Shown in pieces: positions 26,775 through 36,714 of a DNA stretch of 64,000 bases (the stretch's first letter is position 1; each line of letters begins with the position of its first letter). The notes beneath the pieces were generated by a model that worked only from the letters and a program-made list of their open reading frames with translations, had not been told where the DNA came from and did not search any database. The stretch covers positions 544,001 through 608,000 of the forward strand of contig JBBCGK010000001.1 of assembly GCA_037200965.1 (NCBI GenBank), written 5' to 3'. A program made the translations under genes and the position numbers. The DNA comes from a bacterium (GTDB lineage Bacteria; Patescibacteriota; Minisyncoccia; Phycocordibacterales; Phycocordibacteraceae).

Positions 26775-28039
26775 ACCTTGCCTGGTGCCGCGGACGCAGG
26801 GACGATCTCATCGACATCCGCGCTCGTGAAATCGCATTTGAGGTCGTACACGTTCGCCTTGTATCCAGGATAAGCGGAAACATTCTTAGCCGCGGACTGC
26901 TGCGCCTCCTGAAGACGTTTCGCGCAAAAGGATTTTGTGTCAACCGGGGTACGAGGAGATTCCTCGGTGGTGTCGGGTGTTTTTATCCAGTTGGCGCTCG
27001 CACCGAGGTGGGTTCCGCCGCCGTACACCCAGCAGCTCATTAAGGCCCTCGACTTATCGTTTGAAACGATTGCCTCATCGTCATACCAGTGCCACCAGGT
27101 GAAAACGTAGTATCCTGCCGCGCCGATTTTGACCGATACGGCGTTCGACGCCGACGAACTTACGCCGGAAGCATCTCGCGCTTTGACGGTAAAGGAATGG
27201 TCCGAACCGGCCGCGAGTTTGGAGACGGTGGCGGTCGTGCCTGCCACGGATTGCGCGAGGGTGCCATTGTCATACACGTCGTATGCAGCAGGAGCCGTGC
27301 CGCTCGGGGGGGCTTTCCAGGTAAGGGTCACGCTGGTAAGAGTCTGTGCCGTGACGGTGAGACTTTGCGGTGCCGTATCTCCCACCGTTCCGGTCCCGTC
27401 GCCGTCCCCTCCCGTATTGCCTCCTCCAACCTGGGTACCGTCCGGACTTCCCGTGCCTCCTCCTGTGTTTGAAGAATTGGTCGGCTGCAACTCATACGTA
27501 TTTATTTTAAGGCTCAGAATATCCGGATTTATAATGCTAAATACGAGAAACGGAGCAAGGACGAGCACGAGCCCGATGATCGCTCCGCCGATCTGATCCC
27601 GGCCTTCCGAGTGCGCCGTAATACTGTCGCCGCTCATCACCTTAAAACCGCCAAGCGTGATCATGAGGATGGCGAGAACCGCTGCGGCGCCGATGCAGAA
27701 CTTGTAGAGGCCGTTGAAGAATTCGGCAAGGTTATTCGGGTTTACGTCCGTAAGCCCCGGAACCGCCGCAAGCGGTACGAAAGAGCTTCCTTTTGCTGAA
27801 GATGGGGGTGTAGGTGTTGGGGAGGGAGCCGGAGTCTGTGTCGTTACCGGAACAGTACATTGATACGAATCAGCCGTTTTCCCGGGAAGACCCTTGATGA
27901 GAGCGCAGTTCTCCTCCTTGCCGCCGCATGCGCTGACGCAGGACTTGAGATCCGGATAGGTCGCATAGCTTTCCGCAGCGGCTACGTTCGGGGAAAAGAA
28001 TGCTATGACAATAAAAGCGAGGATAGGAAGATATTTCAT
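26762..28039 (-). CDS. Secreted protein with VirB2/TrbC-like double-TM hairpin fused to fibronectin-III-like domain
   Basis: Signal peptide; Cys-rich segment; hairpin FFNGLYKFCIGAAAVLAILMITLGGFKVMSG...IGGAIIGLVLVLAPFLVFSIINP (two hydrophobic helices with short polar loop); FN3-like SLTVTAQTLTSVTLTWKAP...YDVYDNG...HSFTVKARD. Confidence 0.4.
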   Translation of the reverse strand: MKYLPILAFIVIAFFSPNVAAAESYATYPDLKSCVSACGGKEENCALIKGLPGKTADSYQCTVPVTTQTPAPSPTPTPPSSAKGSSFVPLAAVPGLTDVNPNNLAEFFNGLYKFCIGAAAVLAILMITLGGFKVMSGDSITAHSEGRDQIGGAIIGLVLVLAPFLVFSIINPDILSLKINTYELQPTNSSNTGGGTGSPDGTQVGGGNTGGDGDGTGTVGDTAPQSLTVTAQTLTSVTLTWKAPPSGTAPAAYDVYDNGTLAQSVAGTTATVSKLAAGSDHSFTVKARDASGVSSSASNAVSVKIGAAGYYVFTWWHWYDDEAIVSNDKSRALMSCWVYGGGTHLGASANWIKTPDTTEESPRTPVDTKSFCAKRLQEAQQSAAKNVSAYPGYKANVYDLKCDFTSADVDEIVPASAAPGKVCDS

Positions 28040-29025
28040 AGTCCAAATATACCAGTACCCCCGCTCGTCTCCCCGAAGCTTATGCGCAGCGCACGCGTCG
28101 CCGTTTCAAACAATTGAGGGAGGGTCGCCGTGACGGAAACCGCCGCACTCCCCTTCCCGCCCGTGGAGCGCAGCGTGATAGCGGGGTTGCTGCCGCTTGC
28201 GCCGCTGTTGACGGTCCAGACGATCGCGGGCGTTCGTGCGAATCCATACGGCACCGCGACGAACGTCGCTTCGGCGCCCGGCATGGCGAACTCGTCGCCA
28301 AGCGCGCGGTCGTAGCGGATTCCAAGGAGCGGATCGCTCTCATACACCCGTACGGAAGGGTCTGATGGAGAGATTCGAAGAACGCTATCAGCCACCAATG
28401 ATTGGTCGGGACTCAAGACTGTTACCTCGATCGTTGCGTCGCGGTAGCGGACGGGTGCCGTCATAGAAACAACTGAGCGGCCGATGCCCGAAAGATCCGC
28501 GAGTTCCTGCCCGTTCAGTTTCCATTTATACACGAGCGTACCATCGGTGAATCTTTTCCCGCCGGTTGCTCGCAAGTCGGGAAGGGCGACGAGGCGTACT
28601 TGCCCTTGCGACGGAATACCGAAGCCTCCCGGGTAGAACGGATGGCTTGTTGCCGCAGGCTCTGCAATAAGCGCGACTTCGGCAGGACGCACGGTCTGGC
28701 TTGCGCTGTATGCTTGGCCGCCGATGGTTGCGATCGCTTTCACCACTGTCGCGCTTCCGGCCGCGCCAAGCGTGACCCGCGCCCGCCCGTTCGTCATTGG
28801 AATTTCTTTCCCGTCGGCAAGAATCGTTATGATTGCGGCCGCCAAGTCAATGGAGTTGCTCGACAGGCTTGCCGTTATCGTGTCATAGGGCCGTGGGTAG
28901 TCTGGTGAAATGGCGAGCGTAAGCGCCGGCCCCCCCGTTCCAAAGACGCCCTGCGCGAATACTGTCGCGGGCAACAGAATACCAAGGAGTGCATAAGCGA
29001 AGAAACGCATGTCTTCAGTATACAA
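28036..29025 (-). CDS. secreted hypothetical protein (T4SS-like operon)
   Basis: Signal peptide MRFFAYALLGILLPATVFAQG; no known motif; 4-nt overlaps on both sides. Confidence 0.4.
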   Translation of the reverse strand: MYTEDMRFFAYALLGILLPATVFAQGVFGTGGPALTLAISPDYPRPYDTITASLSSNSIDLAAAIITILADGKEIPMTNGRARVTLGAAGSATVVKAIATIGGQAYSASQTVRPAEVALIAEPAATSHPFYPGGFGIPSQGQVRLVALPDLRATGGKRFTDGTLVYKWKLNGQELADLSGIGRSVVSMTAPVRYRDATIEVTVLSPDQSLVADSVLRISPSDPSVRVYESDPLLGIRYDRALGDEFAMPGAEATFVAVPYGFARTPAIVWTVNSGASGSNPAITLRSTGGKGSAAVSVTATLPQLFETATRALRISFGETSGGTGIFGL

Positions 29026-29039
29026 GCTTTTCGGTATCT

Positions 29040-29531
29040 TCAGGCAGCCTCCTGTGCACTTTCCGTGGTCTCCTCGTTATCGTTTGCCGCCGCCGCTCGC
29101 ATCTCGGCAGCTCCTCGAGCGTATGCATCCGCGCGCCGCCGCTCGGCTTCCTTCGCCTTTATCTCCGCCGCATGGGCCGCATTATATGCGGCGTCCTCAG
29201 TTCGGCTGATGATGATAGTGCTTATAACCCCATAGGTAACGCCGGGCAAGGAATTAAGCAAAGGAGTCGCTTCAAGCACGGCGCTTCCGAGCAGGTTGAG
29301 CAGCTTCGCCGACTTGCCTTTCGTCATCTTTATGCCAAGCAGCGGAAACCACACCAGATAGAAAACGATACCGGCAAAGATCGCCACAAACCAGCTTCCG
29401 ATAAACGCGACGGCATTCCCCACGACCGGAATTGAGTTAAGAAAAAACAGAAAGAATTGAATCAGATCGAAAAGCGCCGCAAGCCCGCACATAAGCGCCG
29501 CCACGAACACTCCGACACGTTTTTGCTTCAT
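29040..29531 (-). CDS. small polytopic membrane protein (T4SS-like operon)
   Basis: 3-4 hydrophobic helices then charged Ala/Glu/Arg-rich tail; start overlaps VirB4 stop by 4 nt. Confidence 0.4.
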   Translation of the reverse strand: MKQKRVGVFVAALMCGLAALFDLIQFFLFFLNSIPVVGNAVAFIGSWFVAIFAGIVFYLVWFPLLGIKMTKGKSAKLLNLLGSAVLEATPLLNSLPGVTYGVISTIIISRTEDAAYNAAHAAEIKAKEAERRRADAYARGAAEMRAAAANDNEETTESAQEAA

Positions 29532-31348
29532 GACGCCCTCCCTCCCTCAAGCCGGTCCTTCTCGCGCTTGATCGAAAGGAGCTGCGAGGGGTCGGACGTG
29601 ATGATCTGATCTTCGGTATACGACGCGACGACCTTTATCGCGACGTGCTTGAGGCCCGCGAAGAAAAGCCCCTCCCCCACTCCCGACTCGAGAAGCAGGT
29701 ATTTCTCCTCGTCCGTGAGGTTGAAGGTTTCCTTGAGAACGTCGATCGAAGTCGGCGATTGCTTGAGGAGCAGCTGGATCGAGGAGTTGTTGAGGATAGG
29801 GCGGCCGTAGGGGGAACGGAGGAAGTCTTCCACGTCCTGCGTGATGGTCGCGACGCCGAGATAGTATTTGCGTCCGCGCTTGGCGAGGGAGTAGAGGAAG
29901 GAGGCCGTATCCTCGGACTTCATCATCCACCACGCCTCGTCGATCACGAGGAGGCGCTTCCGGAGTTCGTGCCGGATCGCGTTCCAGATGAAGTGCGTGA
30001 TGATATACATCGCGATCGGCTTGAGTTCGTCCTCCATGTCGCGGACCGAGAACACGATGAATTGCTTCTTGATGTCGACGTTCGTCGGCTGGTTGAGAAA
30101 CCCCGCCCACGTGCCGTGCGTGTACTTCGAAAGCCGCTGCACGAGGGATTCGCTGCCCTCAAGGCCCGACAGTACCTGCTCGAAGTCGGTGAGAAGCGGC
30201 GGCTCCTGGCCGGTGAAGTCGCTGTCGCCCGTGATGTCTTTGAGGGCGTACGTCTCCCCGATCGCCCGGTCGATAAGCGCGTCTTCCTCGGGCGTGAGGC
30301 CGCCGAGCATGATGCGGAAGAGACCGACGAGCGTAATCGTGTTCGAACGCAGGATATCCCGCGGGTTTTCGTCCTCCTTTACCGGCGGCAGGTCGAACGG
30401 ATTGATGTGATGCTCGCTCGAGAGCGAGATGTTGAACGACCTGCCGTCCGTCGCTTCCGCGAGCTGCTCGTATTCCCGCTCCGGGTCGATCACGATCACG
30501 TCGGTGTCGAACATGAGGGAACGAAGTATCTCGAGCTTGGTGGCATAGGATTTCCCCGAGCCCGACTTCGCGAAGACGACCGAGTTGTAATTCTCAAGCG
30601 AGAAACGGTCGAAAAGGATGAGCGAGGAATTGTGGCGGTTGATGCCGAAGAGTATGCCCCGGTCGCTCGTAAGGTCGAAGGAGACGAACGGGAAAAAACT
30701 CGAAAGCGGCGGCGTATCGAGCTTGGTATTGACGAGCAGCTCGTCGGTGCCAAGGGGAAGCGCGCTGCGGAACCCCTGCTCCTGCTGGAAGAGCGCGGGC
30801 TTGGTGTAGACCAATACCGAATTGAGCCGTCCGGTCACCTCGTTTTCGGTCTTATCAAGCTCGTCCTTCGAGTCGGCGTAGAGCGTCATGTAGAGGCCGA
30901 CTTCGAACAGCTTCTCCTCCGCCCGCTGCAGGCTGTCGCGGAGAGTCTCAAGGTTCTGGTATGACGTATCGAGGAGCGGATCGCGCACCAGTCCCTTGTC
31001 TTCGCGCTCCGATATCTGGCTTTGTATTTCCGCCACCTTTTTCTGGAACTGCCTGAGCGCCGCTTCGGTCTCGACCGGGTGTATGTAGAGCGCGATGTCG
31101 AAAGGTTTGTCGAGGTTCACGATCGGCGAAAGCCAGGAATCCGAAAGCGTGCTCGGATAGCTTATGGTATAGAACGATCGCGCGAATTTCTCGCCAAGCT
31201 CGAGTTCCCGCGCGCTGATCTTAAGCGCCGCGGGCGCGATGGTGTCGACGAGATCGAGCGCGCCCTTCCGGTAAATGTCTTTCGGCAGCACCGGGATCAC
31301 CTCCGGGGTCTGCTGCTGTTTTTTGTTTAAGAAGTCGAGAAGTGCCAT
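29528..31348 (-). CDS. VirB4/TrbE/CagE-family type IV secretion ATPase
   Basis: Walker A VVFAKSGSGKSYATK, Walker B LLVIDEAWWMM, ATITQDVEDF; N-terminal ISARELELGEKFARSFYTISYP block typical of Gram-positive-type VirB4; 606 aa. Confidence 0.8.
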   Translation of the reverse strand: MALLDFLNKKQQQTPEVIPVLPKDIYRKGALDLVDTIAPAALKISARELELGEKFARSFYTISYPSTLSDSWLSPIVNLDKPFDIALYIHPVETEAALRQFQKKVAEIQSQISEREDKGLVRDPLLDTSYQNLETLRDSLQRAEEKLFEVGLYMTLYADSKDELDKTENEVTGRLNSVLVYTKPALFQQEQGFRSALPLGTDELLVNTKLDTPPLSSFFPFVSFDLTSDRGILFGINRHNSSLILFDRFSLENYNSVVFAKSGSGKSYATKLEILRSLMFDTDVIVIDPEREYEQLAEATDGRSFNISLSSEHHINPFDLPPVKEDENPRDILRSNTITLVGLFRIMLGGLTPEEDALIDRAIGETYALKDITGDSDFTGQEPPLLTDFEQVLSGLEGSESLVQRLSKYTHGTWAGFLNQPTNVDIKKQFIVFSVRDMEDELKPIAMYIITHFIWNAIRHELRKRLLVIDEAWWMMKSEDTASFLYSLAKRGRKYYLGVATITQDVEDFLRSPYGRPILNNSSIQLLLKQSPTSIDVLKETFNLTDEEKYLLLESGVGEGLFFAGLKHVAIKVVASYTEDQIITSDPSQLLSIKREKDRLEGGRAS

Positions 31349-31366
31349 GCGTAGTCGTACTATAGC

Positions 31367-32025
31367 CTATGCTTCGAGCCTGATCGGGTTTTCGATCTCG
31401 CCGGGATTGAAGGAACGGTACAGGAGTTCGATCACCTCCTCGGTCCCGAGCGGTATCGCCCGGAGCCCGGTCGCCGAAAGTCCGCTTGAAACGAGCGCCA
31501 TGCGCTGCTCGAGCTGCGCGCGGTCTTCTTCGAACGCTCCCGGCGCCTTCGTTGCGGCGGACGAGGCTTTTGTTCCGCCGAAGATGCCGCCGATCGCGCT
31601 TGCGACCTGTACCCCGGCCCCGGAAGCGTACGGCACGACGATATAGAAGGTTTTCGTCATTATGTTCGCGCGCTCCGTGAAATCGCGTACGAACTCTACG
31701 TACTCGCGAAGCTGTAGCCGCATGAGGTCGGTTTTCTGGGAAGACTCTTTTGTCTCAAGAAGAGCGAGGTACGGGCGGATGTCCATCTTGCGCGAATGGA
31801 CGACGATCTCGACCGAGAAATCGAGCGTGTTGAGAAAATTCTGGAAACCCTCGAGAATGGCGCGCTGCTCGTCGTTTGACTTGAGCGCGAAGTTAAGTGA
31901 CGAGCACATAAGGACTCCCCGGTACCCTCCGTCTTTGAGGGTTATGATGCCGTTCCGGATTTCCTTGACCGGAACGAACTGCTGCGTCGCCTGGCTTTTC
32001 TGGGGAGCTGCCATATCAGGATTCA
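31367..32025 (-). CDS. hypothetical cytoplasmic protein, T4SS-associated (resembles VirB4 N-terminal region); start 32025 or 32013
   Basis: FVPVKEIRNGIITLKDGGYRGVLMCSSLNFALKSNDEQRAILEGFQNFL pattern resembles the first-encounter region of VirB4-family proteins; no TM; no Walker motifs. Confidence 0.35.
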
Positions 32026-32450
32026 TCCTTCCTGTCCTGGACGTCAAGCGACCAGGCAAGGTCCCGGAGCTTGCTTTGCGAGAGTTTCGGAAGCGCCGAC
32101 GGCCGTACTTCCTCGGCCTTGGCGCGGGCGGCCGCGGCGGCAGTCGTCGCGGCCGCCTCGCTCTGGGTCGGGTCGGAATGCCGCCACAGGAAGAGCTTTC
32201 CTCCTCCGTAGAAGCCGATCGCCGCCTCGATAAGCTCGACGAATGACTTGCCGTTCACTTTATAGAATGCGAGCGCTCCCGCGAGCGCAACTACGGGAAT
32301 GCAGAGGATGATGGCGAGGACGAGCGGCAGGGAGAGGATAATGATGGCGCAGAGGCCGCCGCCGCCCGCGATATAAATGAACTGCTTGAGCGTGAGCGGG
32401 CCCACGATCTTGTCCTCCACTTCGATGAATTGGGGTACCGGATACTCCAT
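32016..32450 (-). CDS. PrgI-family / VirB3-like small membrane protein
   Basis: MEYPVPQFIEVEDKIVGPLTLKQFIYIAGGGGLCAIIILSLPLV... N-terminal pattern and 2-TM topology of PrgI (PF12666-like) proteins encoded upstream of VirB4. Confidence 0.5.
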   Translation of the reverse strand: MEYPVPQFIEVEDKIVGPLTLKQFIYIAGGGGLCAIIILSLPLVLAIILCIPVVALAGALAFYKVNGKSFVELIEAAIGFYGGGKLFLWRHSDPTQSEAAATTAAAAARAKAEEVRPSALPKLSQSKLRDLAWSLDVQDRKDES

Positions 32451-32513
32451 TTGCTTCCAGTATATACCAAAAGAGCCGCGCGAAGCGGGCGCTATCCTCT
32501 TCTTCTCCTGTAT

Positions 32514-33092
32514 CTAGTGTTGATCGATCGGCTCGTGATACGGGTCCTCGGCATACTCCTTCACGATCGGGCGCGGCAGCGGCGGGGTCTCAAAGGGAGG
32601 GCGTGTTTCCGGAGTAGCTGGTGGTGTCTGATATTGCGAGACTTCCTTTTGCTGCCGTACGACAGCGTTTTCGGCCCCGGGCAGGTTCGAAGGGGGAGGT
32701 ATTTGTTTTGCGATATGCGTCGGAACTTGCGGCACCTGCCGCATTGATGTGTCCTGCGGCGCTGCTGCGGTTGCCGCGCGCATTTTTGCCTGAAGCGGCT
32801 GGAATACATCCTTATTGATATCCTCGAGGATTGCCTTCAGTATTTCCGGCGCGAGCCCAAGCTCCTCCTGCAGTGATTGTGCGAGTTCTGCCGGTGCTTC
32901 TGTCCCCGTTAATACCAGCATAAGCTCGCGCCGCACCACTGCTCCTTGGTCGACATGGAGCTTGTATTTGGAAGTAATGGCGCGCGCGGTATTTGCAAGG
33001 CCGTCTTGTGCCAGATATTCGCGTATGGGCGGCGGCAATATTTCCATCATCCGTCCTATACTTTCTTCCAGCGTCGGTTCGGTTTCGTTCAT
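32514..33092 (-). CDS. hypothetical protein with Pro-rich C-terminus (T4SS-like operon)
   Basis: 192-aa ORF, no TM, PxxP-rich tail. Confidence 0.3.
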   Translation of the reverse strand: MNETEPTLEESIGRMMEILPPPIREYLAQDGLANTARAITSKYKLHVDQGAVVRRELMLVLTGTEAPAELAQSLQEELGLAPEILKAILEDINKDVFQPLQAKMRAATAAAPQDTSMRQVPQVPTHIAKQIPPPSNLPGAENAVVRQQKEVSQYQTPPATPETRPPFETPPLPRPIVKEYAEDPYHEPIDQH

Positions 33093-33103
33093 ATGTTCTT
33101 TGA

Positions 33104-35107
33104 TTATTTCGCACCCCCCGCGTTTTCAGCCGCCTTTTTGAGAAGCCCCTCGATAGTATCGTATTCTTTTTCGGTTTTCTTCTTTTTTGCCTCGGTTCGG
33201 ATTTTTCGTGCGGCGGCGTTGTCGGCAGCGCGCCCAGGACCGCTGAGCCAGTATGGCTTTTCAAGCGGTATACCAAAGAGGCTAAAGTCTTCTTCAAGAG
33301 CCTGCGCGTACCCTTTCTTTCCTTTCCTGATGATATTTCCGTCCTTATCTTTGATTTCTTCAATACCGATTTGAGGAGCCTTGCTGTACGTGTCGATGAT
33401 TTCATTCTGAGTCTTCTCAACAATCTTATGAGCGGCCTTGGCACGCTCAAGTTCCGCTTTTGCGGCATCGATATCGGCCTGCACGCCGGTCGCTTTTGCC
33501 TTGTCAAGCTTCTCCTCAAGCTCGTCGACGTGTTTCTGCGAGGCGTTTCTTTTAGCGTCCGCCTCGTCAATGATTTTTTGTTCTTCCGGAGTGTTCTTCA
33601 TGCGCTTAGACCGTTCCAGACGTCCCTTTTCAGCGTCCGCTTCCATCTGCCGGTAATTACTCTTCGAGGCAGTACCCAAATCAAGGCCACCTGCCTTAGC
33701 AATTCCCCCAAGGGCTCCGCGCCCGTCGAAAGTCGCTTTCGCGCCTGCATCCGCAACGCGGAAGGCGATGCTATTAACCAGCGGACGCTTGCGCAGCCAC
33801 TCGCTCTTTTCGAACCGCTTGCCAAGGCGGTTGAATCCTCTGCCGATCGTGCGTCGGCCCACGGCTGCGCTGATGCCGAAGAACGCACCGCTGGTGGCTT
33901 TGCTTGCCGTACTCACCGCAAAACCAGCCCCCATCGCGCCGAGTTCCTTGGCCGACATGAGCGCGGCGATCATAAAGCCGATGATGATCGCGAAGGTGAT
34001 GAAAACGCTTACGGAACCGCCCCCCCCGGCCGCAAGCGCGGTCGCGAAACCACCGCCTCCCGCCGCCGCCGAGACCCCCTGGCCGATTTTGAGCCCGATA
34101 AGTGTGAGGAGGAGATAAACCGGAACGAAGAACGACTGGTGGAGTATCGTCGTCCACCATTGCTTCGCATACCCATGGAACATCGGCAGCGCCATGCCAG
34201 CAAAACCGATCGGGGAAAGGACCATCAAAAAAGCGAGCACGACGATACGGACTACGAGCATGATCGCGGCGGCGAACAGAACGACGGCCGCGATCAGCAC
34301 GAAGATGGTCGATAAAATTAAGACAATGACACCGTTGAAATTCCCGCTGAATTTGGTATAGGACTGAAGCCCGTCTTCTCCGAAAATAGTGCCGATGCCA
34401 AGCGTGCTGAGGACCGCTCCCGCAAGGCCGGAATCTGTAAAACAGCTTGCACTATTGCTGCTTTGTATGCTGCAGGTGCTCGAACTTTGGGAACTGATGT
34501 TCGAATAAATAGCGGTCGACAGAAGGTTTGAGCTGTCGATAATCACTTGCGAGATAAAGAGCGAGAAGTTGAGAAGAATCGCGAACAGGAGCAGCTGGGG
34601 CAGTGATTTTTTGAGGCCGTAGTTTTGAAGGCCGAGGATGATGGCGATGCCGATAAAGACAAAGCTGAATATGAGTACGATATTCCCGACGTCGCGCAGC
34701 ACCCCCCAGCCGATTCCGATGCCGGATGCGGTACCGCCGAGCGTCTGGCCGAAGTTGAGGACGCTGTAATAAATAGCCGTATTGAGCAGAATGCCCGAAA
34801 GCCACAGAAGGCCCGATGCGAGCGTAAGAAAAAGATAAGCAATGCTGCCCATCGCGCACGGTACCCACGTGCTTACGCTCCAGATGCTGCATTCGGTTGG
34901 TCCTTTGGTGCCGGACTCAGGGGGTCCCGGTGTCGTTTGCGCGGGCGCTGCCGGAGTATTTGTCGGCGGAGTGGTCGCTGGCGGAGTGGGTGTCCCGAAT
35001 CCGGGCGTCCCGTTTCCGAGTGCGAGCAACGAAAGATTTGTCGCAGACGCTACGCTGGGAAGTGCGAGAATCGCGAGCAACAGAAGCGAAAGAAGGAATT
35101 TTTTCAT
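33104..35107 (-). CDS. VirB6/TrbL-like polytopic membrane protein with Lys/Glu-rich coiled-coil tail
   Basis: Signal peptide, Pro/Thr-rich linker, at least 6 TM helices with conserved W/F-rich loops, about 200-aa charged C-terminal tail; 667 aa; position and topology as for VirB6 homologues. Confidence 0.5.
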   Translation of the reverse strand: MKKFLLSLLLLAILALPSVASATNLSLLALGNGTPGFGTPTPPATTPPTNTPAAPAQTTPGPPESGTKGPTECSIWSVSTWVPCAMGSIAYLFLTLASGLLWLSGILLNTAIYYSVLNFGQTLGGTASGIGIGWGVLRDVGNIVLIFSFVFIGIAIILGLQNYGLKKSLPQLLLFAILLNFSLFISQVIIDSSNLLSTAIYSNISSQSSSTCSIQSSNSASCFTDSGLAGAVLSTLGIGTIFGEDGLQSYTKFSGNFNGVIVLILSTIFVLIAAVVLFAAAIMLVVRIVVLAFLMVLSPIGFAGMALPMFHGYAKQWWTTILHQSFFVPVYLLLTLIGLKIGQGVSAAAGGGGFATALAAGGGGSVSVFITFAIIIGFMIAALMSAKELGAMGAGFAVSTASKATSGAFFGISAAVGRRTIGRGFNRLGKRFEKSEWLRKRPLVNSIAFRVADAGAKATFDGRGALGGIAKAGGLDLGTASKSNYRQMEADAEKGRLERSKRMKNTPEEQKIIDEADAKRNASQKHVDELEEKLDKAKATGVQADIDAAKAELERAKAAHKIVEKTQNEIIDTYSKAPQIGIEEIKDKDGNIIRKGKKGYAQALEEDFSLFGIPLEKPYWLSGPGRAADNAAARKIRTEAKKKKTEKEYDTIEGLLKKAAENAGGAK

Positions 35108-35110
35108 GGC

Positions 35111-36712
35111 TCAGTGGATGACTGGCGAGAGACAAGCATTCGCCTCCTTCACGATATTATTCATCGTGGTTATAAGCGTACCTCCCTCTCCCCCGGAATC
35201 GGTGCTTTGCGTTTCGGCGTCCGCTATTTCGCTCGCGGAAGGCGTGGTTGAAGCAGAAAGGAATTGCTGATAGTTGAGTCCCGCCCGCGCAAGCGCGCCC
35301 GCGGCGGGAACGGAACCGTCCGCAGGCGTTACTTGCTCGGAAAGAATGCCCAGTGTCTGAAGCGAAGCGACGGCCTTCGCATCTGCGGCGGAAGCCTGGT
35401 CTATCACAGGATTCACGACCGTTTCTATCACGGCGCCCGCGTTCGCTCCTTCTTCAAAAGTGCAGGCACCGAAGACAGTATGGCTGTTGGCAGCCTCCGT
35501 GGCCGCCGTCTTTGCCGCATCTGCGGCGGCACCGATCTTCTTCCAGTCGTTCTGATATTTCGTAATTTGCGTTTTTCCTTGCTGGAGCGCTTCCGAGAGA
35601 TTGGATACGACATTCGAGACGTTCCCCGCATCGGCTGCCGCGAGGTCCGGTCGGCTGAAATAATCACTGCCGCCGCCTTGCGGTTTGGAAAGACCCAGGA
35701 AGCCGCTGCCGCCGAGCACGTTCTTGATAAGTCCCTGGAGAACGGCACCGATAATTTCGTCTATCTCGTCGGCCGAGATGACGGAGTCGATCGGGGTGCC
35801 GATCGCCTTGCTCGCGGCGTCCGCGATGACCGAGCCCGGGGTCTCGATATCGTATTCAAGACAGTTTGCACCATTGTCCTTCACGACCGGGTCGGAGAAC
35901 TGGAAGTCCATCGTGCCGTCCGGGTTTGTCGTTACGACCGGGTCGGCCACTTCAACGGTCTGCGGCGCTTGACCTTGCAGTTTGCAGTCGCCGCGCCAGG
36001 AGAGGAAGCCCTTATTCTGAGTTATTTCATCTTTGCTTTGTGTGACTGCCGCAGTCGCCCGGGCGATGAGCTCGTCACGCGCCCGCATCGCGAAGCCCAC
36101 GGGGTTATTCTGGGAATCCATCGTGAACCTGAACCATCCCGAGAGCCCGCCTTTATTGAAATCGAATCCGGAAGATGAAACCGCAACGGTCGCGCTTCCG
36201 AGCGTGCACTGGTTGAGAAGGAAGAATGAGTTGCTCGACGTCGACTTGTAGTAGTCCGCCTGGAGAAGCGCCGCCGTATTTACTTTGAAAGGCAGGTCGA
36301 GTGAGAAGTTACCGATCTGCGAGAAGAATTTCGACGCAACCTGATCGACGATGTTTCCGAGATGCACGTTCAGGTTCACCACGAACGACGGTGATCCGTT
36401 GAAACCGTTGCTCGCCCAACTGACGATGCTTTGCACCATGGCGGCCTTCACTTGCTGCACGACCGCATAAGCGAGCGGATCGAGCACATATTCTTTTATT
36501 TGGAGTGCAAGGGCGTTTTCGGACGTTACGGCATCGGCAGCAGCAGAGATCGTTTGCTTTGCGATTTCGATGAAGGTGGTGGGTGCTGAGTCGCTTGCTA
36601 TGTGCACAGTCTGTGCCTGCACGCGCGAAGAAGCGAAGAGTGTCGGGGCCGCGAGCGAAAGCCCGATGATAAAAACTGCGGCCCGGACGCGACTTGAGGG
36701 GGGTTGCGGCAT
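35111..36712 (-). CDS. secreted hypothetical protein (533 aa; T4SS-like operon)
   Basis: Signal peptide AAVFIIGLSLAAPTLFASS; Ala/Ser/Thr-rich; no known motif. Confidence 0.4.
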   Translation of the reverse strand: MPQPPSSRVRAAVFIIGLSLAAPTLFASSRVQAQTVHIASDSAPTTFIEIAKQTISAAADAVTSENALALQIKEYVLDPLAYAVVQQVKAAMVQSIVSWASNGFNGSPSFVVNLNVHLGNIVDQVASKFFSQIGNFSLDLPFKVNTAALLQADYYKSTSSNSFFLLNQCTLGSATVAVSSSGFDFNKGGLSGWFRFTMDSQNNPVGFAMRARDELIARATAAVTQSKDEITQNKGFLSWRGDCKLQGQAPQTVEVADPVVTTNPDGTMDFQFSDPVVKDNGANCLEYDIETPGSVIADAASKAIGTPIDSVISADEIDEIIGAVLQGLIKNVLGGSGFLGLSKPQGGGSDYFSRPDLAAADAGNVSNVVSNLSEALQQGKTQITKYQNDWKKIGAAADAAKTAATEAANSHTVFGACTFEEGANAGAVIETVVNPVIDQASAADAKAVASLQTLGILSEQVTPADGSVPAAGALARAGLNYQQFLSASTTPSASEIADAETQSTDSGGEGGTLITTMNNIVKEANACLSPVIH

Positions 36713-36714
36713 AG

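Noticed and set aside
29645-30964. 439-aa plus-strand ORF
   Set aside because: Antisense to the VirB4 ATPase gene; Arg/Glu/Val-rich with no motif.
33371-34315. 314-aa plus-strand ORF
   Set aside because: Antisense to the VirB6-like membrane protein gene; an artefact of high-GC third positions.
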